From NCBI GenBank assembly GCA_900088475.1, contig FLMG01000960.1, positions 1-51,949 on the forward strand: a DNA stretch of 51,949 nt, read 5' to 3'. Origin of the DNA: Hyphochytrium catenoides (lineage: Eukaryota > Protista > Hyphochytriomycota). The notes beneath the pieces are model-generated. The model did not search any database, was not told the origin of the DNA, and worked only from the letters and a program-made list of their open reading frames with translations. Shown piece after piece: positions 1 through 12,600 of this stretch (position 1 is its first letter; each line of letters opens with the position of its first letter). A program made the translations under genes and the position numbers.

Positions 1-795
1 CCCTCTCTCTCTCTCTCTTTTTTGTTGTTGTTCTACTAGCATTACTTAGCAACTATTTTTCATCTCTCTTTCTCTTTCTCTCTCTATCTTTCTCTTTCTT
101 CCTCTGTCTGCTGTAGTTGTCTGGCTCTCGACTCCATCTTCTTCACTTGACTATAACCGCCCTCATCTTCGGCTGTCAACTCCTCCGTGTGTTACATCCT
201 CACCTGATTACACTGTGACTGTCACTTGAACCTATTTTCCGTCCTCCTGAGACCCCACAAATGCTGTCTTCCTCCTCCCATCATATTCCTCCTCGTCCAT
301 ATCTTCCCTCCTCCACTGACCTCTACCAGCGCTTGCTCTCTCGCCTTGTTATATCATGAGACTCTCAATGATGGCGGTGACGATGATTGAGTCAACACGT
401 AGGGTAGGGCATGCTCATCAAAGCAGCCATTGTAGCTTGTCACTTCTATTTCCCTACTTCTTGCTCCTACCAAGGTGCTATCAGGCATTGCTCTCCCTAC
501 TATACTTTCGTGCCCCAACTTGTCATTCGTCGATGTTGCTCTTCATCTATTCAGAGTCAGAAGGACACTGTTAGTCTGAGGTCCTTACAATTCACTCTCC
601 CAACCATTGGCTAGCATATCTTCCCACTGATGAAAGCTGACTCTACTTGTGAAGAGCAGGAGACAAAGAGATAGACGCTCGTATGGTACTATTATCGACT
701 AGCAGGTGACGGTGAGGGTATCATAATTGATCACGAGTCAGAGGAGACCAAGGAGGTATCGAAGTCAGAGCCTCAATTCATACTCATTGCGCATC

Positions 796-3700
796 ATGGC
801 AGCCGAACAGAACAAGGAACTACGAGGGAAGCAGGAGGCTTCTTATTCGTCCTCTTCATCGGCCTCTTCCTATGGAACGCGTGCCCTGCAATACCTAGCA
901 GTCCTCTGCTTTTGGACTTTGAACGGGCTGTGCTGCCTCCTCACGCTCGTCTTCCTCTTTGTTCCATACGTTAGGGTAAGGTTTCTGCTGAGGTTTCAAC
1001 TTCTTTTGCTCCTGACGCCTTCGTACCTCTTCAAACCTCAACCGAACCCTTATCCTTCTCTTTTATTCGCCACATGACGGCTATGGATTTGCCTTAGTTT
1101 AGCGCATCTTTATCAATGTCCTGCTTCTCCTCCTCCCTTCTCGTCCTGCCACCGCTGTGCACTCTACCAAGAACCTCCTTCAACTGGTCCGCTCTGACAA
1201 ACATCTTCCACTCTTTGTTTCCCTCTCTTGCTTTTTTCCCCATATGGTCTCTTCTATCCTTTGGCTCTTTCATCAAGTCATGGGTGCTCTTTTTCTGCTT
1301 AAGCTTATTGTCCCCTTTCCTGTCCTATGGCCCCGCCTCCTTGTCGCACACACAACCGATGGACTTACATTACCTTGCCTTCCTTGCATAGCCAATTGTC
1401 GCCATTTACCTCTGTTGGCTCCTCTTTGTGGATTGGCATCAGCCAAGTCATGGGGGAAGGAGACTTGACTGGGTGAGGCAAGGGCTCTTCTTTCAATACT
1501 TTGCAGGATATTTTCCCGTTAAGCTGCTGGCAGAGGAGGCTCTAAAGCCCAAGGAAAAGCATCTGATAGTTTACCATCCCCACGGTTCGCACCTTCTCAC
1601 TCTGCCTTTCTAGTTCAACATCGACCTTCCTCTTAGCTAATCCACCATTTCGAGTTACTCTTTCCTTGAGCCCTCTAGCAGTAAATTGGTGATCTCTTTG
1701 GTCTTTCCTGCTCTATCCCTGCCATTTGCTCCGTCAGTTAAATCTCTTTTGAGCAACTCGCTGCTCCCTGCCGTTCCCTGCTGACTCCGATCAAGAGTAG
1801 CGCTGCTTTCTCCCTTACAAACCCTCAAAGTTCTATATAGTGGAGATTTCGTTGAGTCTGCTCCCAGGCTTAAGCTCCCATCTTCCGTTTGCAGGTATCA
1901 TTGGCATCGGCTGCGTCAGCGCCTTTGGGACTGAAGCTGCTGGCTTTTCAAAGGTCTTTCCAGGTAATAATGGGAGGGACTAATGATTGACTGCCGTATC
2001 GACCTGTAGGCACTGAAGGGCCTTATTTTGTGTTAGTTTGACACACGTTGCCTGCGATTTGGTGATGAAGGCAGGAATCTGGGCAGGAAGGGGGCCCCTA
2101 ACAAAATTTCTGCGTGTCCTTTCGCTATCTTAGGTCTGAACGTACGCCTGACCACGTTGCCTCTGGTGCTTAGGGTGAGATTACATTCCTCTACTCACTG
2201 ACCTCTACCCTCTCCTTTGTTTAGTAGCATCGACGAGCGTATATCTTCTTCACTGTCAATTCTATCGCCCTTTTTAGGATGCCCCTGATGGGACTGTTTT
2301 ATTCTTTTTAGGGGCCTCACGCTGCATTGTCTCCTCCTCTATCTTCAGATTCCATTCTACCGTGACGTAATGATGGGTCTGGGCTTCATTGATGTCTCGG
2401 CCGCTTCCATACGCCGTTCTTTGGAGGGACCGAGGGGTGAGGGTGAGGGAGGAGCTGTAGTACTGGTGCTGGGAGGGGCGGAGGAGGCATTGGACTCGCA
2501 TCCAGGGACGTATGACGTTGTCCTTGACAAAAGATTAGGCTTCGTGAAGCTAGCCATGACCACAGGGTAGGTTTCTCTTTCTGTTCCCAACAATCTATCC
2601 TGCTTATTATTAGGGAGCTGTCCTGTCCTTCACTTCTCTCTAATTGTGCCCTGAAGTGTATTTGGGTGAAAGGGCAACAGTGTGTTGAGCAGAATCGCAG
2701 GGGAGCCATGTTTGACGGCTACAGTCCGTGCAAATACATGGCTCCTGCGCCTGTGACCAGGGTCCTTACAACTACATCTGCTGCAGCTCCGTCATCTTTG
2801 CAGTTGCCCTTGCCGAGGCAGGCTACGATAATAGTCCTTCACCCGTTGTCCTGCTCCATGCTTATCCTTTGAATAAATGTTGTCTTCTTCCTGTTCCCTC
2901 TTTGGTCGCCATCACCATTAACCCTCCTCTCACCTCTTTCTTGCGCATTCTTTTAATCAACCTCATTCCAGAGCGCATTTGGTGCCATCCATCGGGTTTG
3001 GTGAAACAGATCTTTGGCGCCAGGTAGCCAATCCTCGGGGCTCCAGACTCCGTGTGATCCAAGAGAATCTAATGCGCGTCCTCAAGTTCTCCTGTCCGGT
3101 ACTTCTACACTTTTTACCTAGAAGAAGACCCATTACTGTCGTCGGTAAGAAGTCGTAGGATATAACCAGTGCTCTTGTTCTGTTTGGAGGACGACTTCAG
3201 AGCAGCCCCGACGAAATAGAGTGCATCAGCCTTGGTTAAATCTTCTTCAAGAGTACCTACGCAACTACACTGCACTGCTCCAGGCAACTGTTCTGTCCTA
3301 GTATTTGCTTAGTGTTGTCCTTTCTCAATCCTCACGAAGAAGATTGTTGTTGACCCCTGGTTCGGTGTCCCTCATCACCTGCTGTGCGCTTCGTACCGTC
3401 TCCTCAGTTGGTAGGAAGATACCTGTCCAGAAGATAGACAACCCTACCGCAGAGCAAATCCAGATTCTGCATTCCCAGTATAAAAAGGAGCTCTTTAGAC
3501 TGTTCGACGTAAGCTGGCTGCTGCTGCTCTCTTCTTCTGCCGTGTTACTATGGTACTACTGGTTTAAAGCTACGCTATTTTCTCACTATAACTCCATCGT
3601 AGCGAAGGACCAAGGCTCGAGTATTTGTACTACCTATTGATACTTTATCGGATTGTCTTCCTTTGACTGTTCCATGTTGCCGCCCGTCCGATCCGTGCCA

Positions 3701-3952
3701 TAGGCCTCTCGTCTGTCATCGTCTTTGTTGCCTGCTGCTGAATGGTGACTTGAATGCTTCTGCCCCTTGCCATCTCTCTTCAACGCCCATTCCTGCTGCT
3801 GATATAGCATCTCCCACCGCTCGTCGGTGGGTTAACGATGATCCTTGGCTGATCTACATTACCTTCTTCCTGGTTGACTTTCTTTTCCTTAACAGCTTCA
3901 TAAGGACAAGTATGCCGGTGACAGGAAGAGCGACCTTCGAATTGTGGCTTAG
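796..3952 (+). CDS. DGAT2: Diacylglycerol O-acyltransferase 2 family (DGAT2/MOGAT), 8 exons, ~343 aa
   Basis: Exons 796-975, 1392-1584, 1895-1963, 2134-2174, 2349-2566, 2972-3144, 3408-3508 and 3896-3952 join in phase through GT-AG introns. Motifs: YFP, YHPHG, IPFYRD, VLGGAEEAL, KRLGFVKLA, LVPSIGFGE, FLPRRRPITVVVG, LHSQY; N-terminal TM segment. Confidence 0.95.
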
Positions 3953-3999
3953 GGTGCTACTAGAAAATCCATCATTGAGCAGCTGGGTTTATTGTACCT

Positions 4000-6560
4000 A
4001 CAGGAGCTCCGCTGCTTTTGTCTTCTCATCATCATCCCGACCAGTAGTAGCAACAGTAGAGAAGTATAGCGGCCGCTGCCAGCATTAAGGCCGTTACCTG
4101 CACTATATAGTATACTCTTCCCCTGCACTGTAGAAAAGTGTTCCTTTTGTCCTATTCTCTTCCAATAACAATCTTCTTCGTCACTGCAATGTCCATCGTA
4201 CTTTACCTTCATCTTCCTGGTGACAAAAGGAAACAACTCCATACCTTGCGCATAACCCGTTGTGTCTAATTATATCGTAGTGTCGACCATCTTTGAAGCC
4301 AATAAGCATTATTCTAGACATACAGTGCAAGAGGTCCGCTTCAACGAGCAATGCCATCCTTGTGTTTATAAATAGCTACTAATAATAAAGCTTAATGAAG
4401 TTTCCTCTTACTTTGATTGAGCAACGTCGTCGTCGGCGATTGTTGTGGTCGTTATCGCACACTAGATATTAGTACTGCTGATGTTCATAGCCTGAGATCC
4501 TGTCGTCCTAACGCTGAAAGGGTCACTGGGGTTTTGCATTTAGGTATACAAGTAACATAATAACGGCAAACGAGCACAGCAGAAGTTGCGCATGAATGAC
4601 TCATCTCCACGATTTATCGAAGCTCATTCATGAATCCATATCGGACGCAGTATTCACTATTATCTGCTACAAGAAACGACAGTAATTATGGCGAATAGTA
4701 GGAGTAGAAGATGAAGAAAGAAAAACCACCAGCAGATAGAGAACAAAGATTTATCGTAGAGTTTAGAATTGACTGCCATCATCATTAGTGGACTCTCTCC
4801 TATTTATTAGAAGAAGTACAAGTACTACCCTGTGATCAGTGACTACTTCTTACTCGGTGCGTGACTGAGGATGTCCGGGGATGAGGATTTGATGTTGTTC
4901 TTCAAGGAATGCGGGCTAATGGCATACCACGCCAATAATCCTTAAGTAGAGATATAGCTCTTTTTATCACTGCTTGTTCCGCGGTGATGATGCCGTTTGT
5001 TGCCAGCAATGTCCACTATTAGGTACTTCCAACTCATCTCCTTCTTGCTGTTGCAAGGAAGCCGTGATAATAACCCTAACTCACTCTGTTGTTGTGACGA
5101 ACAACCAGGGACATTCCACCTCAGTCTCTCTTGCAATTCAGCAGCCACGTTGGCTTGGACAGCTTACATTGCGATGCTGACTGCCACGCACAAAAGCTCC
5201 TTTGCACTTCGCTGAGTAATCAGGAGAAGTATTCCTGCGGCCTCATCATCAAGTGTCACGCCCTCATCAAGTGAGGAACGCCGTCCACATTCTCATCATC
5301 CATTTGAGGGTTGTTCCTCGCTCACTTGGGACACTTCCGATGATGAGGTGAAACCTAACGGTGACGTATTCTTATTCCGCTGGCTTGTCCCACCACTGCT
5401 CCTGCCGTCCGCGCGCGCCTTGCTGCCTGGCTGCCGGTTCGATTGACAAGATGACGGAACAACCTCGCCACTGGCTACCACTATTATCTTAGGGCTCCGC
5501 GGAAGCCTAATGTTTAATTACTATGTGGGTGGCAACCTCCTCCTCCTCCTCCTCTCACGTAGAACTACACTTCACAGTCTCCAACAACCCTCAACTGGCT
5601 GTCTTCTTCTCCCATCTCTCTCTCCTTCGCCCTCCAATGGTATTATCTATGTAAATGGCCACTCTTTTTTGTGGCGTCGTATTGCGAAACTGTTTTACAG
5701 TACTGGTACTTGTACTTGGTACTTGGGAATTACTTGATACATAGAAAAATACAGTCATTCTACAGCCATAGAGACTTGTCTTAGGTCCTGGGTCAGTCTA
5801 AGAAACTTACCTAACTCTACCGTTTTATTCTATTGTTACTGTAGATGTACAATTAGTAGTACTTGTTGTGCTTGTACTTGTTGTACCCGTACTGTTGTCT
5901 ATGTGTACGACTAGTACTGTTCCTCCCTTGTCTTTTACCACAGCCGCCACCGCTCGCGCCGCTCCTCATCGCGCGCGCCACATAGCCGAGGGCGCCGTCC
6001 CCAAGCCTTTAAGGAATCTTCGAGCGATGGGGAAGAACGATGATGATGCACATGATGGTGAGCGGCCTAAGAAACCAGAAGAAGTGTTCTTTCGCCGATG
6101 TCTCTTGATAATAATAATCGGTGGTTGGGAACTTTTTTCTGATGGAGGAGGAGAAGAAAGCGTTGTCCTTCTCCTCTCGGTCTATCGGATGTGATGTTGC
6201 TAGTGTAGGCAGCAAGAAGAGGATGCCAGAACGTAGGAGGAGGAGGGCAACAGTGGCAACTGGGCTCGATCCGGCGAAGACGAAGTGGGCACACCGCTGA
6301 AGAAGAACTATTTTATTCCACCAGGTATGAGTAAATCGTTTGCAGAAGCACCGCCGGACAGATCCTATTATTCCCCATGCGTCACCACCAACAGTGAAAC
6401 TCATTGTCGACGACTACGTTGAGAGGTTGGCAAAAAGATACTTTATTGGCTTCATTGGACGGATGGCAAGGGCCACCAGGGGACCCCCACCACCTCTTAC
6501 ATGCATGCGCACAGAGATGTATCAGTGGAGGAAGAAGAAGGAAGGACGCCAATAACAATG
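4000..6560. pseudogene. Decayed coding-like or transposon-relic region of unknown origin
   Basis: Only short broken ORFs on both strands and many 3-bp tandem duplications. A possible chromo-like fragment spans a frameshift at ~6390-6500. No coherent spliced model found. Confidence 0.3.
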
Positions 6561-6652
6561 AACAATAAGGGCCTTCTCCCCGGTAATCTCCGTACTATTG
6601 CCCCAGCTCCATTATTTTACTGAGGAAAAGTGCCCTAAGTAGAGCCGAGCTG

Positions 6653-9600
6653 CTACGGCGTCCCTCCCCGCTCGTCTCCCAACATAAACTCTAGAAAATC
6701 TTCACGTTTAATGCAGTTTTCACCACCTATCTTGATAGCTGCTAGCAGTTTCTGTACCTCCTCCTGTGTCACCTGAACCCCGGTCGATTTCAGCGTAACC
6801 AAGAGCTCCGACCACCCAACGGAGTGATTGTTATCAATATCCATCGCTTCAAAGAACTCTTCGACTTTCTCTCGCTTCATCGCCATCTTTTGCCCTTCCT
6901 CAAGTGCTTCACCCGCTTCTTCATAGTCATGACCACTTTCACATTCCAGGTCTAAGTGGCGTGCTACCTGGTCCCTTACCATCCAGCACAGAGCTTCAGC
7001 GTCTCTTACAGGCACTAGCCAGTTGCAGAACTCTTTAATTGACACTATGCCATCACCTGTCGATTTAGTATGAGGATTTTGGAATAGCAGGTGTGGAAGG
7101 AAAACTGCTAGCAGCACCGGTCTAATTGAGAATTTTACGGATCTAACGCCAGAACCCATCATAATAGTCGCAATCGTAATAATAGCCATGAAAAGTAAGC
7201 GAAGCAGAGATAGACAGTGTAAAACGTTCTCACCGTTTACATCGATCCTCTTGAGCATGGCTCTCACTTCTTCCATTGTGGCAGGAAGCTTAAGTTTGTC
7301 CAGGAGCTTCTTCATGGTCACCGGGGCAATCTTCAGGCTCGAATCGGAACCGCACAACTCTGACAGAAGGCGAAGTGCTGATAGCATCATGGAGTGAGTG
7401 GCTGAGATGCGAAAATAGAGAAGCAGGTTTTTGAGAAGAGGAAGAACAATCCAGATTCAAGCACAGAACTAAGAGAATGGCGGCCCACCTTCATCACGGT
7501 TCATTCTCTTCTTGCACCGAGAAGCGAGGTACCAGCCTTCTTCGTACTCTCTTTTCTGCTCAGTCAGCATTTCTCGGAACTCCTGAAAGGAGATGATATT
7601 GTCGCCTAGTGGTGGCAGCCGCGGCGACTTAGCTTCTCAAAGAACACTCTCAGATATATCTTTCGACACTGCTCCATACATGCTGCTGGGTTTATTTTCA
7701 ATGGACCGGCTCATCACTCGACACCCTAAGTACCGCCTAGCTTCCCTATACTGATATCCAAACTCCAACCCAGCTCCACACATACATTTCTTTCTATTGG
7801 TGCACCGATCTTCTAAATGTTTCGCTTACCTGAAGTGTCAAAGTAATCGATGACTAGCTCTAGTTCCTGTTCCCCTATGCCTAAGCTGAGGCTCTGCAGA
7901 TGCCTTCGGAGCTCCTCGGTAGTGACCTTCCCGCTGTTGTCGCCATCAATCAAGCCTAAGGAAAGGTACGCCTGTTACCCTCGCTTGAAAAACGGTTTCA
8001 CCTTCGTGATGCTTGGATTCCGCTCCTCGAGGCTTTGTGCGTGTCTGCACGATATTGTCTACTCCTATGTTACTTCCTCTACTTACCGAAAGTGGCCCTG
8101 ATACTCTCTGCCCTGCCGATGCCTTGCAATCTAAAATTCTGCACAGCAGTTAAAAACGCGGCTCGAACCCTTGCAATAGTCCCGAGTGCAGAAGCCTTCT
8201 CCTTCTCTGCTTCGGATAGTTGGCGACCTGATTTAGGTCTCGTGCCTAACGAGAAGGTTAACTTAGCTAGCTATATGAAGACGGAGCTCAGAAGCTCAAA
8301 AAGCAAAGACTAAGCTGAAGGATGTGGGATGCGTGATCCTGATGCTGGAAAGCGTAGAGCAAAGCAAGATTGAAGGTGAAAGTGTATAACAACTGGTTGA
8401 AGGGAAAGACTAGAGAGGATGATCAGTAAAGAGAGGGAATTAGAGAAAGAGAATGACCTGCTGCTGCTGTCTTCCTGCATAGGACCATCCAATGGATAAA
8501 CTCATTCAGGGAGACCTCTCCGTTCTGGTCTTGATCGAAGCGGTTTACCAGGCGTTTTAAGGTTTGCTCGGAGATAGATGGAGCTAGTTTTCGAAGCTGC
8601 GCAGAGGACAAGGAAGCAGTTGCGGGAAGAAGAATAGTGAGCCTTCTTTGATAACTATGGATTGCGGACATAGGCCCATCATCAAGCTGCTGCAGAAGAA
8701 GGAGGTGGGACCGAGATTGAGGTGGATATGATTATGGCGGTAGTGTTGTAAGGGATGCTAGACTGAAGCACCAACAAAACTTGAAGGAGACCCAGAAAAA
8801 CGTAGATGGCGTTGCTGGAGAGCGTGAGAATAAGAGTAGAGGATCCGATTTTGGCTGACCAGGTGAATGAGCTTCTCTGACTTCACGTCACCAGCGACTG
8901 TGCGAGGTAAACTGGAAAAGATCTCCTGGAAGATAGTGTCTTCCACAAGCTCTTTGCTACTTCTCTCGGCTGGGCCCACCTCTTTGTCCTTTATTTCCTT
9001 TGCATCGCGTTGATCGGTAAGCGGCCCATTTCTATTGTAGAAGCTTAGGAGGGCCACTCTGAGCCGCTGAAGCGACACGGCAAACTCCTCTCCGGCAGGC
9101 TCCACCATCAAGAAGGAAGTGAATTCGGAGACGGTGATACAACCTGTTAAAGTAGAGCAGGAATAGAAGGTGTAAACGTGGTGGTCGGGGAAAAGACAGA
9201 GCGGTAGTCCCAAAAAGTGAAGAACGTTACTGATTCTAAGTTTAAATTTATACTTCTACCGGCAGAAGCAGCGCCCACTCCATACATTAAGGTGAAGGCA
9301 GAGGTCATACGGAGAAGTAACCCATAGAGAGAGCGTTATCAAAGAACGAGAAGCTACTGACCATCCCCATCGCTGTCAAAGGTCCTCCTAACAAGCTCCT
9401 CCTCCTCCTGGGTGAGGTTGACCCCTAGACCTTTGAGACAGTGTGAGAACTCCTCAGGATCAAGACTGCCATTCCCGTCCAAATCAAGGGATGTAAAGTG
9501 GGAAGTTATGCCCGAGCGGAAGCTCTTCCACACCTAAGGCGGGATGAGTCAGATGTGACGACACCAACAGACAGAGGTTTTTGAGGGCCAGATAGTAATG

Positions 9601-12600
9601 ATCTATCTAGTGCTCCCACCAAGGTCAGCAGATTTATGGCGCATGTAGAGCCCCATGGCCGCGAAGCTGGAGATGGTAAAATTCCACTTTTTATCGAAGG
9701 CAAAGGAAACAGTCGGGGCGAGAGTATCTGACATCATACCTTCGTATCAAGGCCTCTCTCCTTAAGGGACTCTGTAGCACTGTCTAAGATCCTCCGCCGT
9801 ATCTGTTGAATCCGTCCATTTAGAGCCAAGAAAGGGTCAGAGGACAAGGAAAACGCTGCGGACAATGACGAAGAAGAGCCCACCGCCGCCTCAGATGGGC
9901 GACGTGGTTTGCTTGACATCTTTGACTCCGGTCTCCTCTTTGGAACCCCATCAGCCTGAGTGAAGACGGAAGCTCCATCAGTGCACCGCTGAGAGAGACT
10001 TCAATATCAACTACTCAGCTTATCTTACCTTTTCCTGTGCCTTTTCAGCCTGCAGCAATCCCTCCACATTCGTGCAAAAGAAACGTCTAAACGAAGGATG
10101 GTCTAATGATAAAGCCCCAATTGAAGCCCCCTCCAATTCAGGTGGAGAAACACATAGACAATGGTATCGAAGTATCTTCCGTGCCTCTTCGCGGCTGACC
10201 TCCAGCCCTAAGCTGAATAGGCCGCGTCGCAGTTCTGACCGATCGATGCGGCCTGCAGGCGGGGGTAAGTACAATGATAGAAAGCATTGAAAGCATACGA
10301 CAGCAAGGCACAGAGAGGCTACCGAATGCCAGCCAAGGAAAGGGGATTTGAAGCAAATCTAACACGCCAATCGACAACGTCAAACGGAGTGCAGAAGGCC
10401 TAAGTCCTCACCATCCTTGTTCGAGTCGAAATGACGGAAAAGGACGTCAGACGATATTCCGCGCAGACCTGCTCGTCGACAAAGGTCTTGTATGCGACGG
10501 AGAAGCTTCACCGAAGGTTGCGGGGATCCAACGAAACAGCATAGTGACAGTTAAAATGAGAGACAAAGAAAAATAGAGAGGAACTTGTGCCGAAACACTG
10601 GGCAGGAGCTACTCGCAGGGAGACTGGGAGCTTCATAACTTAAAGGATACAAATAACCATACGACTGGCAGGACAGAACTCACCTCCTGCAGCGAGTGAT
10701 CCTTTTCAAGCACCTCTAGCTCTCTTTGCGCGGACTCTAGAGAGTCATGCCGCTTGTCTTCCTGTTTGTGCTCGAGTTGTTTGTGCTTCGTAGGTGGCCG
10801 CAGCGCTGTTTCCTCCTCCCCTCCGCCCTGTTCCGTCTCCTGCTTCAGCTTCCCCCGATCCAGTCGAGTATCCCTCCCATTTTCCAGGTGCTCTGTTCCA
10901 GATCCACCTTCTTGCGCAGCCTCTACCTTGTGTTCCATCGTTATTTCCGTCGTTGGTCGACTGGCCTCGTCATTCATGGCTTGCTTTGCTTGGTCTGAGT
11001 TTGCGCTTGGGGCGACCACGCCATTCCGTTCCTCTAGCTGGTCCATCTCGTATGGTATATCCCTCTGTGCCTTTGCTTCCGGAGCCAAGAGGTAGAATTC
11101 GTTCTGTAGTGCCTGATTTGGAGGCGCCATGGTGGTCGCCCGTTCTTTTTTCTCCTCTTCTGTCCTCTGGGAAGAAGTGTGCTCTTCTGCATTATGGTTC
11201 TCTACCTCCTGACTGCTATCTGCACTAGGTACTATTTGCTCATTATGGGGAGACAGGTTGCCCTCTCCTGACTCCTCACCCCGTACAATGTTTCCTCCTC
11301 TATCAACGGCCTTTCTAAAGCCATGGAAGTCACCAGTAATATCCTCTGTGGACATTTGAAAAAAAGAGCTTGGCGTCTCTGGGGTTTCCTTGATGGGAGG
11401 CGCAGAATGAAGAGTCGCTAGGTTCTTAACATGGAGCTGGGTACGCTCTTCAGCTTTTCTGTATCCCTCAAAGCGATCTTCCCCGTACGACCCGTATCCT
11501 GCAACTGCGTCGTCCTCGATTTCTTTTGCTTCTGAATGCTTTCTAGCAGTCAAAGCTTCTTCAAGTTTGGCTTCCTTTTGGCTCATCACTGGAGGATAAG
11601 ACATCTCTATGCTTTGTTCCTGTTGACATCCAATGTTCAATAGAGAATTGGAACGGGAAAGCGTCGGTAAGTCGACCACGGAGAGAAGGATAGACTGAAA
11701 GAGAAAGAGACAACAATAGGCAAAGGAGAGCTGAAGTTTCTCACCAGTTCCGCTTTGTACCTCTCCAGATCGATATCCACCATTCCATCCTCCGTGGTCA
11801 GGAGAGCCCGTGCTAGCAGTGGCTTCTGGCTCCAAAGCTTCTGTTCTTCCTCCAATAGAGCTATCGAAAGAAGCTTTGATTCCAATCGTAAAGCATGAAC
11901 GTCCTGAGTCTACGGACACAGATATATAGATAAGGACGTCGTTCTCAAGCATGCGCAAGGTAGGCTCTTGGAGACCAGTAGGACAGGTGGCTAAGTCTGC
12001 CCCTGGCCAGAGCGATGTTGTGAGAGAGAGTGCAAAGTAAGTGGACTTTCCTGGTGTTCTATGGCTCTTCGGTATCTCCTCCTCCTCCGTTTGTGCTCCT
12101 TTAGCTGAAAGTAAAGTTCCCTAAAGTACGTAGTTAGCTTCTGCCCATGCCGTATGCTTAACGGAGAAGAGAGAAGGTGCTACCGTGCAGTCTCCTGCAT
12201 GCTCCTATTGCAGTGCATCAAGTACTGCATGGTATACTGCAGGACCTGTAGGCAGTTGACCATTGTCATTGACATCTCAGCCTCTGTATGTTCATAAAGA
12301 ATAGCCGTCCGGCGCGGCCGAGTTAAGAGTCATGATAGAGATTCATAATTGCCAAAAAATCTTACCTTCTTCTTTACAGCTTCCCAGTGCTATGGATTTC
12401 ATCAGCCTTTCTGCTCTCTCTTTGTCCCCTCTATTCAGCAGATCGTCGACGTCAAACGCAATCACGTCGTGCCAGTCCACCTCCCCGGCTAATGGCTGAA
12501 ACTCGAATCCAGGAGCCACGAGGGAGAGGGAGGGTGGCGTAGCAGCTCCCAGAGGAAGCTGGGACTTGTCTAGCATGGCAGTGACCTGATGGTCATTAGC

